The notes under the pieces are model-generated. The model ran no database searches. It was not told where the DNA came from and saw nothing but the letters and a program-made list of their open reading frames with translations. This document shows positions 45,326-53,293 of a stretch of DNA of 62,637 nt, piece by piece. This DNA comes from Planctomycetota bacterium (GTDB taxonomy: Bacteria; Planctomycetota; UBA1135; UBA2386): contig JBASWX010000179.1 of assembly GCA_049276695.1 (NCBI GenBank), positions 1 through 62,637 on the forward strand, read 5' to 3'. Positions within the stretch are counted from its first letter, which is position 1, and the number at the start of each line of letters is the position of its first letter. The translations under genes and the position numbers were made by a program.

Positions 45326-45778
45326 ATGAACGGCCGTGAGCTGACCATCCTGTGCGGCGTGCTCGCCTGCCTGTTCTCGGTCGTGAGCCTCGTGGCGGCG
45401 TTCCTCCGCGCCGCGCGCAAGAACCGGCAGCCACGGCAGGACGCGCTGCTGGCGGCGCTGAACGATCCCGGCCTCGACGCCACGACGCGCGCCGAACTGC
45501 TGCGCGCGCTGGCCCGCGAGCACCGCACTCTCGGCAGCTCGATCGCGAACGGACTGCGCAATCCCACGACCTGGCGCGTGCTGTGGTTCGGCGCCGGCTG
45601 GTTGCTGACGCTGCTCGCCGGCATGGCCGTCGCGATGCACGCGTTGGACATCGCGCGTCTCGGGTCCGAGGAACTGCCGGTCGCGATGATCCTGGCGACC
45701 GCCGGCTTCGGCATGCTGTCGCTGCCGCTGGCCTGGCGCGAACTGACCCGCCGCGAACGCGTCGCCGACCCGCGCTGA
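45326..45778 (+). CDS. Small membrane protein (tandem paralog 2)
   Basis: 150 aa with the same layout as 44920..45318 ('LLAALNDPGLDATTRAELLRAL', two C-terminal TM helices, 'AWRELTRRER'). It starts 8 nt after paralog 1. Confidence 0.6.
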   Translation: MNGRELTILCGVLACLFSVVSLVAAFLRAARKNRQPRQDALLAALNDPGLDATTRAELLRALAREHRTLGSSIANGLRNPTTWRVLWFGAGWLLTLLAGMAVAMHALDIARLGSEELPVAMILATAGFGMLSLPLAWRELTRRERVADPR

Positions 45779-45829
45779 CGGCGACGGGCGGCGCGTGACA
45801 TCGGTCCGCGCCCCGGCTTCGATGCGCGC

Positions 45830-46405
45830 GTGAGCCTGCCGACCGCCGCCGAACTCACGACGCGCGCCAGCGAACTGCTCGCCGGCTGGCGCGTCGCCGA
45901 CACCCGCATCCGCGTGCGCTGGAACCGCCGGCTGACCACCACCGCCGGGCGCGCGTTCCAGAGGAACGGCCGCATCGAACTCAACCCGACGCTGCTGGCA
46001 AAGGCACCGACCGAACTGCCGGCGGTGCTGGTACACGAGGCCGCGCACATCGCCGCGTTCCGGCTGTTCGGCCCGAACATCCCCGCCCATGGCCGGCACT
46101 GGCGGTCGCTGATGCGGCTCGCCGGCCACGAGCCCGCGGTCACCCACGACATCCCGGTCGACGACGTGCGCGCCGCGGCCCGCGCCCCGGCGAGACACCG
46201 GCGCCGCCGCTTCGTCTACCTGCGCGTCTGCGATGCGTGCGGCGACCGTGCCCTGTTCGCGGCGATGCGCTACGGCCGTTGCCACGGCTGCGCTGCGCGC
46301 GACAGCTTCCTGGTGATGAAGGCGCCGGCGTCCGCCGCCGGCCGGGCCGCCCTCGCCAACCTCACGTTGACCGAAGTGCGGCGCGCGTGCGCCGGGCCCG
46401 ACTGA
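45830..46405 (+). CDS. SprT-like zinc metalloprotease-domain protein
   Basis: GTG start, 191 aa. 'RWNRRLTTTAGRAF...IELNPTLL...LVHEAAHIAAF' is the SprT-like region with HExxH. The C-terminal Cys pairs 'CDACG...CHGC' are Zn-ribbon-like. Confidence 0.7.
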   Translation: MSLPTAAELTTRASELLAGWRVADTRIRVRWNRRLTTTAGRAFQRNGRIELNPTLLAKAPTELPAVLVHEAAHIAAFRLFGPNIPAHGRHWRSLMRLAGHEPAVTHDIPVDDVRAAARAPARHRRRRFVYLRVCDACGDRALFAAMRYGRCHGCAARDSFLVMKAPASAAGRAALANLTLTEVRRACAGPD

Positions 46406-46479
46406 CGCACCATCAACGCGGTGGCGGCCACGACCGCGGGTTCCCGCGCGCGGCGCGGCCCGCTACCCTGCGACCGACC

Positions 46480-47358
46480 GTGACCAGGCACCCCGACCTG
46501 TTCGAAGAGATCGTGCGCCTGCGCCGCGAGGGCATCCCCGCGGCGTTGGCGACGATCGTCGGCACCCGCGGTTCGACGCCGGGCCGCACTTCGATGCGCT
46601 TGCTCGTGCTCGGCGACGGCACGTTCCTCGGCACGGTCGGCGGCGGCTGTCTCGAGGCCGAGGTCTACGACGCCGCCCTCTCGGTGCTGGCCGACGAGCA
46701 GCCGCGCTCGTTGCAGTTCCGGCTCACGGAGCAGGACTCCCCCGATTCGGGCCTGATGTGCGGCGGCGAGGTGACGATCTTCGTGGAACCGATCACGACT
46801 CCTTCCCTGTGGATCTTCGGCGCCGGCCACGTCAGCAAGTCGCTGTGCGAGGTCGCGGCACTCGCCGGCTTCCGCGTCACCGTCGCCGACGACCGCGCCA
46901 CCTTCGCGACCGCGGAACGCTTCCCCGAGGCGCACGCGACGAGCGCGGGGCCCTATGCCGACCTCGTCGCGGCGATGCCGATCCGGCAGAACAGCTACGC
47001 GATCGTCGTCACCCGCGGCCACAAGGAAGACGCCCACGTACTCGACGTGCTCGGCCGCCGCTTCGCGCGCGGCGAGCGGCTGCGCTTTCTCGGCATGATC
47101 GGCAGCACCACCAAGCAGGCGCTGCTGTGGAAGCACCTGCGCGCGGCCGGGATCGGCGACGACTTCCTCGCCACGGTGCGCACGCCGATGGGCGCCTACC
47201 TCGGCGGCAAGACGCACGAAGAGATCGCGGTGTCGGTGGTCGCCGAGCTGATCGCGGTGCGGCGCCTGGGCCAGGACCTGGCCAGGACCTGGGAAGGCCG
47301 GCAGAAGCCGAAGGGGCGGCGCGAAGGCGTGCGGGAGCTGCCAGCTGCCGAGGGCTGA
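46480..47358 (+). CDS. XdhC/CoxI-family accessory protein
   Basis: The GTG at 46480 gives 292 aa: VTRHPDLFEEIVRLRREGIPAALATIVGTRGSTPG...GTVGGGCLE... (XdhC N-terminal domain), then the Rossmann-like 'LWIFGAGHVSKSLCEVAALAGFRVTVADDR'. No xanthine/CO dehydrogenase subunits are in the window. Confidence 0.75.
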   Translation: MTRHPDLFEEIVRLRREGIPAALATIVGTRGSTPGRTSMRLLVLGDGTFLGTVGGGCLEAEVYDAALSVLADEQPRSLQFRLTEQDSPDSGLMCGGEVTIFVEPITTPSLWIFGAGHVSKSLCEVAALAGFRVTVADDRATFATAERFPEAHATSAGPYADLVAAMPIRQNSYAIVVTRGHKEDAHVLDVLGRRFARGERLRFLGMIGSTTKQALLWKHLRAAGIGDDFLATVRTPMGAYLGGKTHEEIAVSVVAELIAVRRLGQDLARTWEGRQKPKGRREGVRELPAAEG

Positions 47359-47473
47359 GCGCGGCAGACTGCGTCGGCGCCCCGAAACGAACCCTCTGGC
47401 CGCCGCCGCCGTTGTCTGACCTCGGGGTGCTGGGCATGATGCTCCGCCCTCCCTCCCCGCCTTCGCGAAGCCA

Positions 47474-48511
47474 ATGACGTCCCGAATCCTCGCCGCTTCC
47501 CTGCTCGCCGCGTTCGCCGTTCCGGCCACCGCCCAGAACGACCGCGTCACGCTGATGAACGGCACCGTGCACGCCGAAGTGCGCGTGACCGCCTTCGACA
47601 TCCGCAGCATCAAGTTCACCAAGGGCAGCGCCAACGAGTCGTTTCCGACCGACCAGGTCGCCAAGGTCGAACTGGCGAAGTTCCTGGACGTGTGCCGCCG
47701 CGGCCTCAAGGACGCCGACGTCATGGTGACCCTCGCCCGGGAGCAGCTGAAGGAGAAGAACCTGCTGATCGCGCAGTTCGCGTTCGTCAGCGCGGCGGCG
47801 CAGTTCTTCGACGACAACAAGGCGCAGGAAGCGGTCGGCGCACTCGAGGAGATGCAGACCGCGATCCCCGAGGCCGGCCTGCTGCCCGAGGTCTACCGGA
47901 TGAAGTTCGAGTACTACATCGGTCTCGGCAGCAAGGGCGTCAACAGCGCTTCGACCGTGGCCAAGAAGTACCAGGCCGACGCGATCGCCGGCGCGTGGCC
48001 ACCGGGCTTCGGCACCGAAGCCGAGTTCTTCATGGCGCTCGCCGACCGCAAGGACCCGAAGGACTTCCAGGCCAAGCTGAAGGCGTTGGTCACCAAGGCC
48101 GGCGGCGGCAACCCGATGATCGCCAACCGCGCGAACATCCAGCTCGCCAACAGCCTGCACGAGACCAAGGACGTCGAGGGCGCCAAGCGCATCTACGAGG
48201 AGATCAGCGCCAAGGAGAAGGTCGACGACAGCTCGCGCGCCGGCGCCTACCTCGGACTCGGCAAGCTGGTGATGGAGCAGGCCTCCGCCAACGACAAGGA
48301 TGGCTTCAAGAAGGCGCTGCTGCTGTTCCTGAAGGTGCGGCTCGAGACCAAGGAATCGTGGCCGAGCCTGCAGGCCGAAGCGCTCTACCACGCGATGCTC
48401 GCGGCCGACAAGTGGCGTGGCCCCGAGTACAACCTGGTGATGGCCCGCTGCCGCAACACGCTGGCCAGCGACTTCAGCGGCACCGAGTGGGCCGAGAAGG
48501 CCAGGCGCTGA
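47474..48511 (+). CDS. Secreted helical (TPR-like) protein
   Basis: 345 aa starting MTSRILAASLLAAFAVPATAQ (signal). The composition is Lys/Glu/Ala-rich and clearly distinct from shadow ORFs. Confidence 0.75.
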   Translation: MTSRILAASLLAAFAVPATAQNDRVTLMNGTVHAEVRVTAFDIRSIKFTKGSANESFPTDQVAKVELAKFLDVCRRGLKDADVMVTLAREQLKEKNLLIAQFAFVSAAAQFFDDNKAQEAVGALEEMQTAIPEAGLLPEVYRMKFEYYIGLGSKGVNSASTVAKKYQADAIAGAWPPGFGTEAEFFMALADRKDPKDFQAKLKALVTKAGGGNPMIANRANIQLANSLHETKDVEGAKRIYEEISAKEKVDDSSRAGAYLGLGKLVMEQASANDKDGFKKALLLFLKVRLETKESWPSLQAEALYHAMLAADKWRGPEYNLVMARCRNTLASDFSGTEWAEKARR

Positions 48512-48523
48512 CCGGCGGGCGCG

Positions 48524-49222
48524 GTGGAAGCCGGCACCGAAGCGATCCGACGCTGTGCGGTGCCGCCCTCGCGCGTCGATGACGCCCTGTTCGCCGCGTT
48601 CAAACTGACCTTCGGCGCCTGCCTGCGGCTGTGGTTCCGGCTGCGCACCGAGGGGCCGCCACCGCCGCCCGGGCCGTGCGTGCTGGCCGCCAACCACACC
48701 TCGTTCCTCGACCCGCTGGTGCTCGGCGCCGTCGCGCCGCGCCGGCTGGTCTACCTGATGACCGAGGTGGTCTGGCGCTCGCGCGGCTTCCACTGGTTCT
48801 ACCGCTGGCAGCGCGCGATCCCGCTGTCCGTGCGCGGCGGCAACCGCGAAGCGCTGCGCGCCGCCCGCGAAGTGCTGCAGCAGGGCCGCACCCTCGGCAT
48901 CTTCCCCGAGGGCGGCCTCAGCCGTGACGGCCTGCCGATGCTCGGCAACCCCGGCGTCGTCGCGCTGGTCCTGCACGCCAACGCGCCCGTCGTGCCGGTG
49001 GGCATCCTCGGCGCCCACGACGCGATGCCGCCCGGAGCCGCGTTCCCACGCCCCCGCCCCATCACCGTGCGCTTCGGCCAACCCATCCCGGCGGCCGAAC
49101 TGGACAACCTGGGCAACGGCGACCGCCGGGCCCGCCTCCGCGAGGCGACCGCCCTCATCATGCGCCGCATCGCAACCCTGACCGGCGCCCGCGCTCGCGA
49201 AGACTCGGAACTGATGACTTGA
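48524..49222 (+). CDS. plsC: Lysophospholipid (1-acyl-sn-glycerol-3-phosphate) acyltransferase family
   Basis: 232 aa (GTG start, position uncertain). It has the HX4D motif in 'ANHTSFLDPLVL', plus 'FPEGGLSRDG' and 'VVPVGILG' blocks. Confidence 0.8.
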   Translation: MEAGTEAIRRCAVPPSRVDDALFAAFKLTFGACLRLWFRLRTEGPPPPPGPCVLAANHTSFLDPLVLGAVAPRRLVYLMTEVVWRSRGFHWFYRWQRAIPLSVRGGNREALRAAREVLQQGRTLGIFPEGGLSRDGLPMLGNPGVVALVLHANAPVVPVGILGAHDAMPPGAAFPRPRPITVRFGQPIPAAELDNLGNGDRRARLREATALIMRRIATLTGARAREDSELMT

Positions 49223-49435
49223 GTGGGCCGCCACCGCCGGTGGTGGTCGAGAGGGCCCGCGACGAACGAGCGCTTGTGCTCCTGGCGGCCGTGCCCACGC
49301 AAGTCATCACCCCTGGCGGCTGACCCGGGTCGCGAAAGAAACTTCGCGGATTCCGGTCAGGATTGAGCCCACCGATGCCACTAGGGGTGTCCGGCCACAC
49401 GCTGTCCCGCGCGCGACCTGGCGAAGGGAGGAACG

Positions 49436-49972
49436 ATGGACAGCGAAGATTTCTGGCGACGGGCGCATCGCGACGCCCGCCGGTGGCTGCACCGCTATCG
49501 GGATCGATGGACCCTGGCACACTGCGACGACCTGGCGCAGGAAGCCTCGGTCGCAGCCTGGCAGTGGGTGCGTGATGGGCGTTCCTGCCGACGCTTCTGG
49601 GCGCTGGTGCACACGATCACCTCACGCACGCGCGGGCATGCGCTGCGGGCGGCGCGGCGCAGTTGCGAGGAAGGCAGGCTGGTCGACACGGAGGCGCCGC
49701 CGGTGGAGGCGCCGGAACGCTGGTACCCGATCGCGGGCTGCCGCCGGCCGGCCACGCGCGGCCGGCCCTGGCTGCTGGCAGCGCTCGACGATCTCGCGGC
49801 CTTCGATCGCAAGCTGCTGCTCGAGTTCTACGAAGGCTTCAGTTGTGCCGAGCTGGCGGAACGGTTCCGCCGGTCGTTGGCGTGCGTGAAGACGCGGCTC
49901 CACCGGGCGCGTCAGCGCGTGCAGAAGAAGGTCGAGGAGTACGCCAGCAAGGCGCGCGACCTCGATGGTTGA
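49436..49972 (+). CDS. ECF-type RNA polymerase sigma factor (divergent)
   Basis: 178 aa with an ATG preceded by GGGAGG. The region-2-like segment is 'CDDLAQEASVAAWQWV'. The region-4 HTH is 'AAFDRKLLLEFYEGFSCAELAERFRRSLACVKTRLHRARQRVQKKV'. Confidence 0.7.
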   Translation: MDSEDFWRRAHRDARRWLHRYRDRWTLAHCDDLAQEASVAAWQWVRDGRSCRRFWALVHTITSRTRGHALRAARRSCEEGRLVDTEAPPVEAPERWYPIAGCRRPATRGRPWLLAALDDLAAFDRKLLLEFYEGFSCAELAERFRRSLACVKTRLHRARQRVQKKVEEYASKARDLDG

Positions 49973-50002
49973 TTGGTTCCCCAGAGAAAGAGGAGAGCAC
50001 CG

Positions 50003-50857
50003 ATGAAGATCCTGTTGTCGACGTTCGTACTGTTCGCCGCGGCGCTGCCCGTGGCTTCGCAGAGCCCGGCTCCCGCCGGCAAGCCCGCCGAGGCCTCGGC
50101 CAAGGTGGCGCGGCCCAAGGTGACGTTCAGCGAGCCGGCCAAGGCCGCACTCGCCGGCGCCAAGGAAGTGGCGGCGAAGAGCCGCGGCCTGCGCGGACCG
50201 GAGCGGGCCCACGCCCTCGAGTCGGCGGCCTCGGCCTACGACAAGGTCGCCGGCGACTTCGCCGCCGAGCCGATGGTCGCCGCGGTCGCGGCCTTCACCG
50301 CAGCGGAACTCTGGCGCCAGCAAGGCAGCCTGGCGCTGGCCGAGAAGGACTACCTGCTCGCGGCGCAGCTGGACGGCGAGCGCTTCGCACAGCGCGCGCT
50401 GCTCGGGGCGGCCGACATGCAACGGCGCCAGAAGCGGCCGGACGAGGCGATGGCCACCTACGCCAAGGTGGTGTCGATCGATGCCGGCAACTCGCGGGCG
50501 CAGGATGCGCGGCTGTGGCAGGCCCGCCTGCTGCAGAGCGCCGAACGCATCGACGAGGCGATCGCCGCGTTCCAGACGGCCCTCGAGTGCGCCGACCCGG
50601 GCTCGCAGGCGATCGAGGCCTGCAACTTCCTGGCGTTGGCGTGGATCGACAAGGGCGACCTCGACGCCGCTGGGCTCGTGCTCGAACACGCCGACCAGGC
50701 GATCGCCGGCATGAACGAGGAGGATCCGATCGTGATCGACCGCCTCAAGAAGGCCCTCGAGGGCATGTCGGCGCGCAAGTCGCTGCAGCGGGCGCGCGAC
50801 AAGAAAAACGAGGCCGGCAAGGACGCCGCGGGGCTCGAGGAAGCGCGCGGCAAGTGA
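50003..50857 (+). CDS. Secreted TPR-repeat protein
   Basis: The ATG at 50003 is preceded by GAGGAG. It gives 284 aa starting MKILLSTFVLFAAALPVASQ. TPR-like repeats include 'AELWRQQGSLALAEKDYLLAAQLD...MQRRQKRPDEAMATYAKVVSID'. It lies directly downstream of the ECF sigma gene. Confidence 0.75.
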   Translation: MKILLSTFVLFAAALPVASQSPAPAGKPAEASAKVARPKVTFSEPAKAALAGAKEVAAKSRGLRGPERAHALESAASAYDKVAGDFAAEPMVAAVAAFTAAELWRQQGSLALAEKDYLLAAQLDGERFAQRALLGAADMQRRQKRPDEAMATYAKVVSIDAGNSRAQDARLWQARLLQSAERIDEAIAAFQTALECADPGSQAIEACNFLALAWIDKGDLDAAGLVLEHADQAIAGMNEEDPIVIDRLKKALEGMSARKSLQRARDKKNEAGKDAAGLEEARGK

Positions 50858-50895
50858 AGCAGCGGCGACCGTGCGTTCCGGGGTAGCATGGCGGC

Positions 50896-51348
50896 ATGTC
50901 CGTGCGTGCCGTCCTGCCCCTTGCCGTGCTCCTCGGAGCGTGCGCGATCCCGAACACCAACGAAGCGCTCGACCGCCGCTCGCCGCCCCCCGAGTTCGGC
51001 CGGCCGATGTGGGTCCGGGTGCCCGCCGGTGCGGGCGCCTGGATCGGCGGCATCCTCGGCGGCGCGGTGTCGATCGTGCTGCTGCCGATCAGCTGGCCGC
51101 TCAGCGAGCTCGCCGGCGACGGCCTCGGTGAGCAGGGCAGCGGCGAGTTCCTGTTCTGGCCGGCACTGGCGGGAGCCTCGCTCGGTCACTGCGTGCTGGG
51201 CACGCCGCCGGATGTCCTCGATTGGGTGTTCCACCGCGCCTGGATCGACGCGCCCGACCCGGTGACCAGCTACGAGTTCATCCCGCTGCCGGGGGTGACG
51301 CTGCCGGCGACGACGCCGGCGGCGCCCACTGACAAGAACAAGAAGTAG
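50896..51348 (+). CDS. Lipoprotein / membrane protein, unknown function
   Basis: 150 aa starting MSVRAVLPLAVLLGACAIPN (lipobox L-G-A-C), with one internal hydrophobic segment 'AWIGGILGGAVSIVLLPISWPL'. Confidence 0.6.
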   Translation: MSVRAVLPLAVLLGACAIPNTNEALDRRSPPPEFGRPMWVRVPAGAGAWIGGILGGAVSIVLLPISWPLSELAGDGLGEQGSGEFLFWPALAGASLGHCVLGTPPDVLDWVFHRAWIDAPDPVTSYEFIPLPGVTLPATTPAAPTDKNKK

Positions 51349-51452
51349 CGCCGCCATTGGCAAGCCTCGCGCGCCGGCAGGCGCGGCGGTGTGGGTGACA
51401 GCCTTGTCCTGGGCAGGATCCGCGGGCCGAGCTACGCTCGCGAAGCTGCTGC

Positions 51453-51529
51453 ACGCCCGTAGCTCAGTCGGCTAGAGCGCCTGCCTTACACGCAGGATGT
51501 CGGGGGTTCGAGTCCCTCCGGGCGTACCA
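51453..51529 (+). tRNA. tRNA-Val (anticodon UAC), CCA encoded
   Basis: Hand-folded cloverleaf. The acceptor stem is ACGCCCG/CGGGCGU, the D-arm GCUC-AGUCGGCUA-GAGC, and the anticodon arm CCUGC-CUUACAC-GCAGG (anticodon UAC). The variable loop is AUGUC and the T-arm is GGGGG-UUCGAGU-CCCUC. The discriminator is A, followed by CCA. Total length is 77 nt. Confidence 0.9.
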
Positions 51530-51585
51530 CACCTGGAGCCGTGTGCGGGAAGACGCGAGCCCTCTCAACCCAACGGAGCGGCTCC

Positions 51586-53019
51586 ATGACCACTACGACC
51601 ACCCTCGATCAGATCAACACATGGGCCACCACTGGCGAGTCGGAGACCCTCGAGTTCAAGCGCACCACCGGAGAACGGCGCGATGCAATGCGAACACTGT
51701 GCGCGATGCTCAACCACCGCGGCGGTTGCGTGGTGTTCGGCGTCGAGCCCGATCACCGCGTCATCGGTCAGGACGTCAGCGACCACACGCTCGTGGACAT
51801 CGCGCAGGAACTGAAGGAGATCGATCCTCCGGTCTACCCATCCATCGAACGCATCCCGGCCGGCAACGGGCGCGAGGTGCTCCTGGTTCGTGTACCACAG
51901 GGACCCAACCGACCCTACTGCTACAAAGGCCGCGGCTACCGTCGTGTCGGCAGCGCCAGCCACGTGCTGTCCCGAGCGGAGTTCGATCGGCTGCTGCTCG
52001 AACGAGTGCACGGCGAACAACGGTGGGAGAACCAGCCGGCGACCGGTTGGTCGATCGCAGACCTCGATGCCGCCGAGGTCCACCGCACGGTCGACGAGTC
52101 GATTCGCCGCGGACGCATCGAGGACCCCGGGACGCGTGGGCTGGCCGCATTGCTGCGCGGGCTGGGCTTGGTGAAGGATGGTGAACTCCTTCGCGCAGCG
52201 ATCGTGCTGTTCGGCAGCGCCGAGCGCATCGAACGGGAGTTGCCGCAGTGCTTGTTGCGGGTCGCTCGCTTCCGAGGCATCGACCGCACCGAGTTCCTCG
52301 ACAACCGTCAGTTCCACGGCAACGCCTTCGATCTGCTGCTCAAGGCCGAACGCTTCCTACGCGAGAACCTGCCCGTGGCAGGCCGGGTCGCACCAGGACT
52401 GTTCGAGCGGGTCGATGATCCGTTGTACCCGCCGGTGGCATTGCGCGAGGCGCTGGCGAACGCAATCTGCCATCGTGACTACGCAATCGGCGGTGGTTCG
52501 GTCGCAGTTGCGATCTACGACGATCGGCTCGAAATCACGTCCTCGGGTTCACTGCACTTCGGCCAGACCGTGGAGACCCTGTTCGCACCGCACGAGTCAC
52601 TGCCGTGGAATCCACTGGTCGCCCGCGTCTTCTACCGGCGCGGCATCATCGAGTCCTGGGGACGCGGCACGATCAAGATGGCGGAGTTGACGACATCCGC
52701 TGGGCTCCCGAGGCCCGAGATCGAGGATGCGGGCGGTTGCGTGACGGTGCGCTTTCGTCCGAGTCGCTACACGCCGCCGAGTCGTGTCGCCCGCAACCTC
52801 AGCGACCTGCAGCAGCAGATCCTGGCACTGATCGGCGCCCAGGCGCACGGAGTCGCTCTGCGCGAGGTGAAGCAGAGGCTGCGAAGCCTGGTCGAGGAGT
52901 GGCAGGTCAAGCAGGACCTTGCCTTCCTCAAGCACCTGGGACTGATCGAGCCCCGTGGCTACGGCAGAGGTGCGTCCTGGCGCCTTCGGGAGAGACCAGT
53001 ACGAGAACCGGACGCGTGA
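51586..53019 (+). CDS. Schlafen-like AlbA_2 domain + HATPase_c_4-type ATP-binding protein with C-terminal wHTH (COG2865-type putative transcriptional regulator)
   Basis: The ATG at 51586 is preceded by GGAG. It gives 477 aa: MTTTTTLDQINTWATTGESETLEFKRTTGERRDAMRTLCAMLNHRGGCVVFGVEPDHRVIG... (the AlbA_2 'E.lEfK' N-terminus). Later come 'ALREALANAICHRDY' and 'LEITSSGSL...NPLVARVFYRRGIIESWGRGT' (HATPase_c_4-like). It starts 57 nt after the tRNA. Confidence 0.8.
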   Translation: MTTTTTLDQINTWATTGESETLEFKRTTGERRDAMRTLCAMLNHRGGCVVFGVEPDHRVIGQDVSDHTLVDIAQELKEIDPPVYPSIERIPAGNGREVLLVRVPQGPNRPYCYKGRGYRRVGSASHVLSRAEFDRLLLERVHGEQRWENQPATGWSIADLDAAEVHRTVDESIRRGRIEDPGTRGLAALLRGLGLVKDGELLRAAIVLFGSAERIERELPQCLLRVARFRGIDRTEFLDNRQFHGNAFDLLLKAERFLRENLPVAGRVAPGLFERVDDPLYPPVALREALANAICHRDYAIGGGSVAVAIYDDRLEITSSGSLHFGQTVETLFAPHESLPWNPLVARVFYRRGIIESWGRGTIKMAELTTSAGLPRPEIEDAGGCVTVRFRPSRYTPPSRVARNLSDLQQQILALIGAQAHGVALREVKQRLRSLVEEWQVKQDLAFLKHLGLIEPRGYGRGASWRLRERPVREPDA

Positions 53020-53033
53020 CTTCCCATTCCCTG

Positions 53034-53074
53034 CCAATTCACTCCAATTCGCCTCCAATTCGCCTCCAATTCGG
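53034..53074. repeat. Four phased copies of CCAATTC (10-11 bp period)
   Basis: CCAATTCACT CCAATTCGCCT CCAATTCGCCT CCAATTCGG, with copies starting at 53034, 53044, 53055 and 53066. The array lies in a ~270-bp non-coding, less G+C-rich gap. Confidence 0.85.
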
Positions 53075-53293
53075 CGGTGTCAGCGGTACGAGTACAATCA
53101 GTTCTCCCGCTGCGGTTTGCGCGTGGAGAACGGTAGGGCTCGTTCGCGGGTCGGCATCGGCAAGAAGCGCCGCCTGCTCCCCTATTCAAGTGTCACCGAT
53201 GGGCCACAGTTCCAGCCCAGGCCCCGCGCGAGACCCGAAGTCGCTGTGGCGGGGAGGATCGTGAACGACGTTCACGTTGCTCGACTCGAGAAG

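Noticed and set aside
44023-46152. 709-aa minus-strand ORF (and 45248..46285 -, 47009..49234 -, 59838..61904 -)
   Set aside because: These are Arg/Ala/Ser/Pro-rich shadow ORFs that overlap several + strand genes with clear motifs (HAD DxDxT, SprT HExxH, PlsC HX4D) or, for 59838..61904, the alternative frame of the membrane protein gene.
53261-53275. Palindrome GTGAACG-A-CGTTCAC about 20 nt downstream of the BNR lipoprotein stop as an intrinsic terminator
   Set aside because: The stem is short (effectively 5-6 bp after allowing a loop), and no U-tract follows on the minus strand. The evidence is too weak to annotate.
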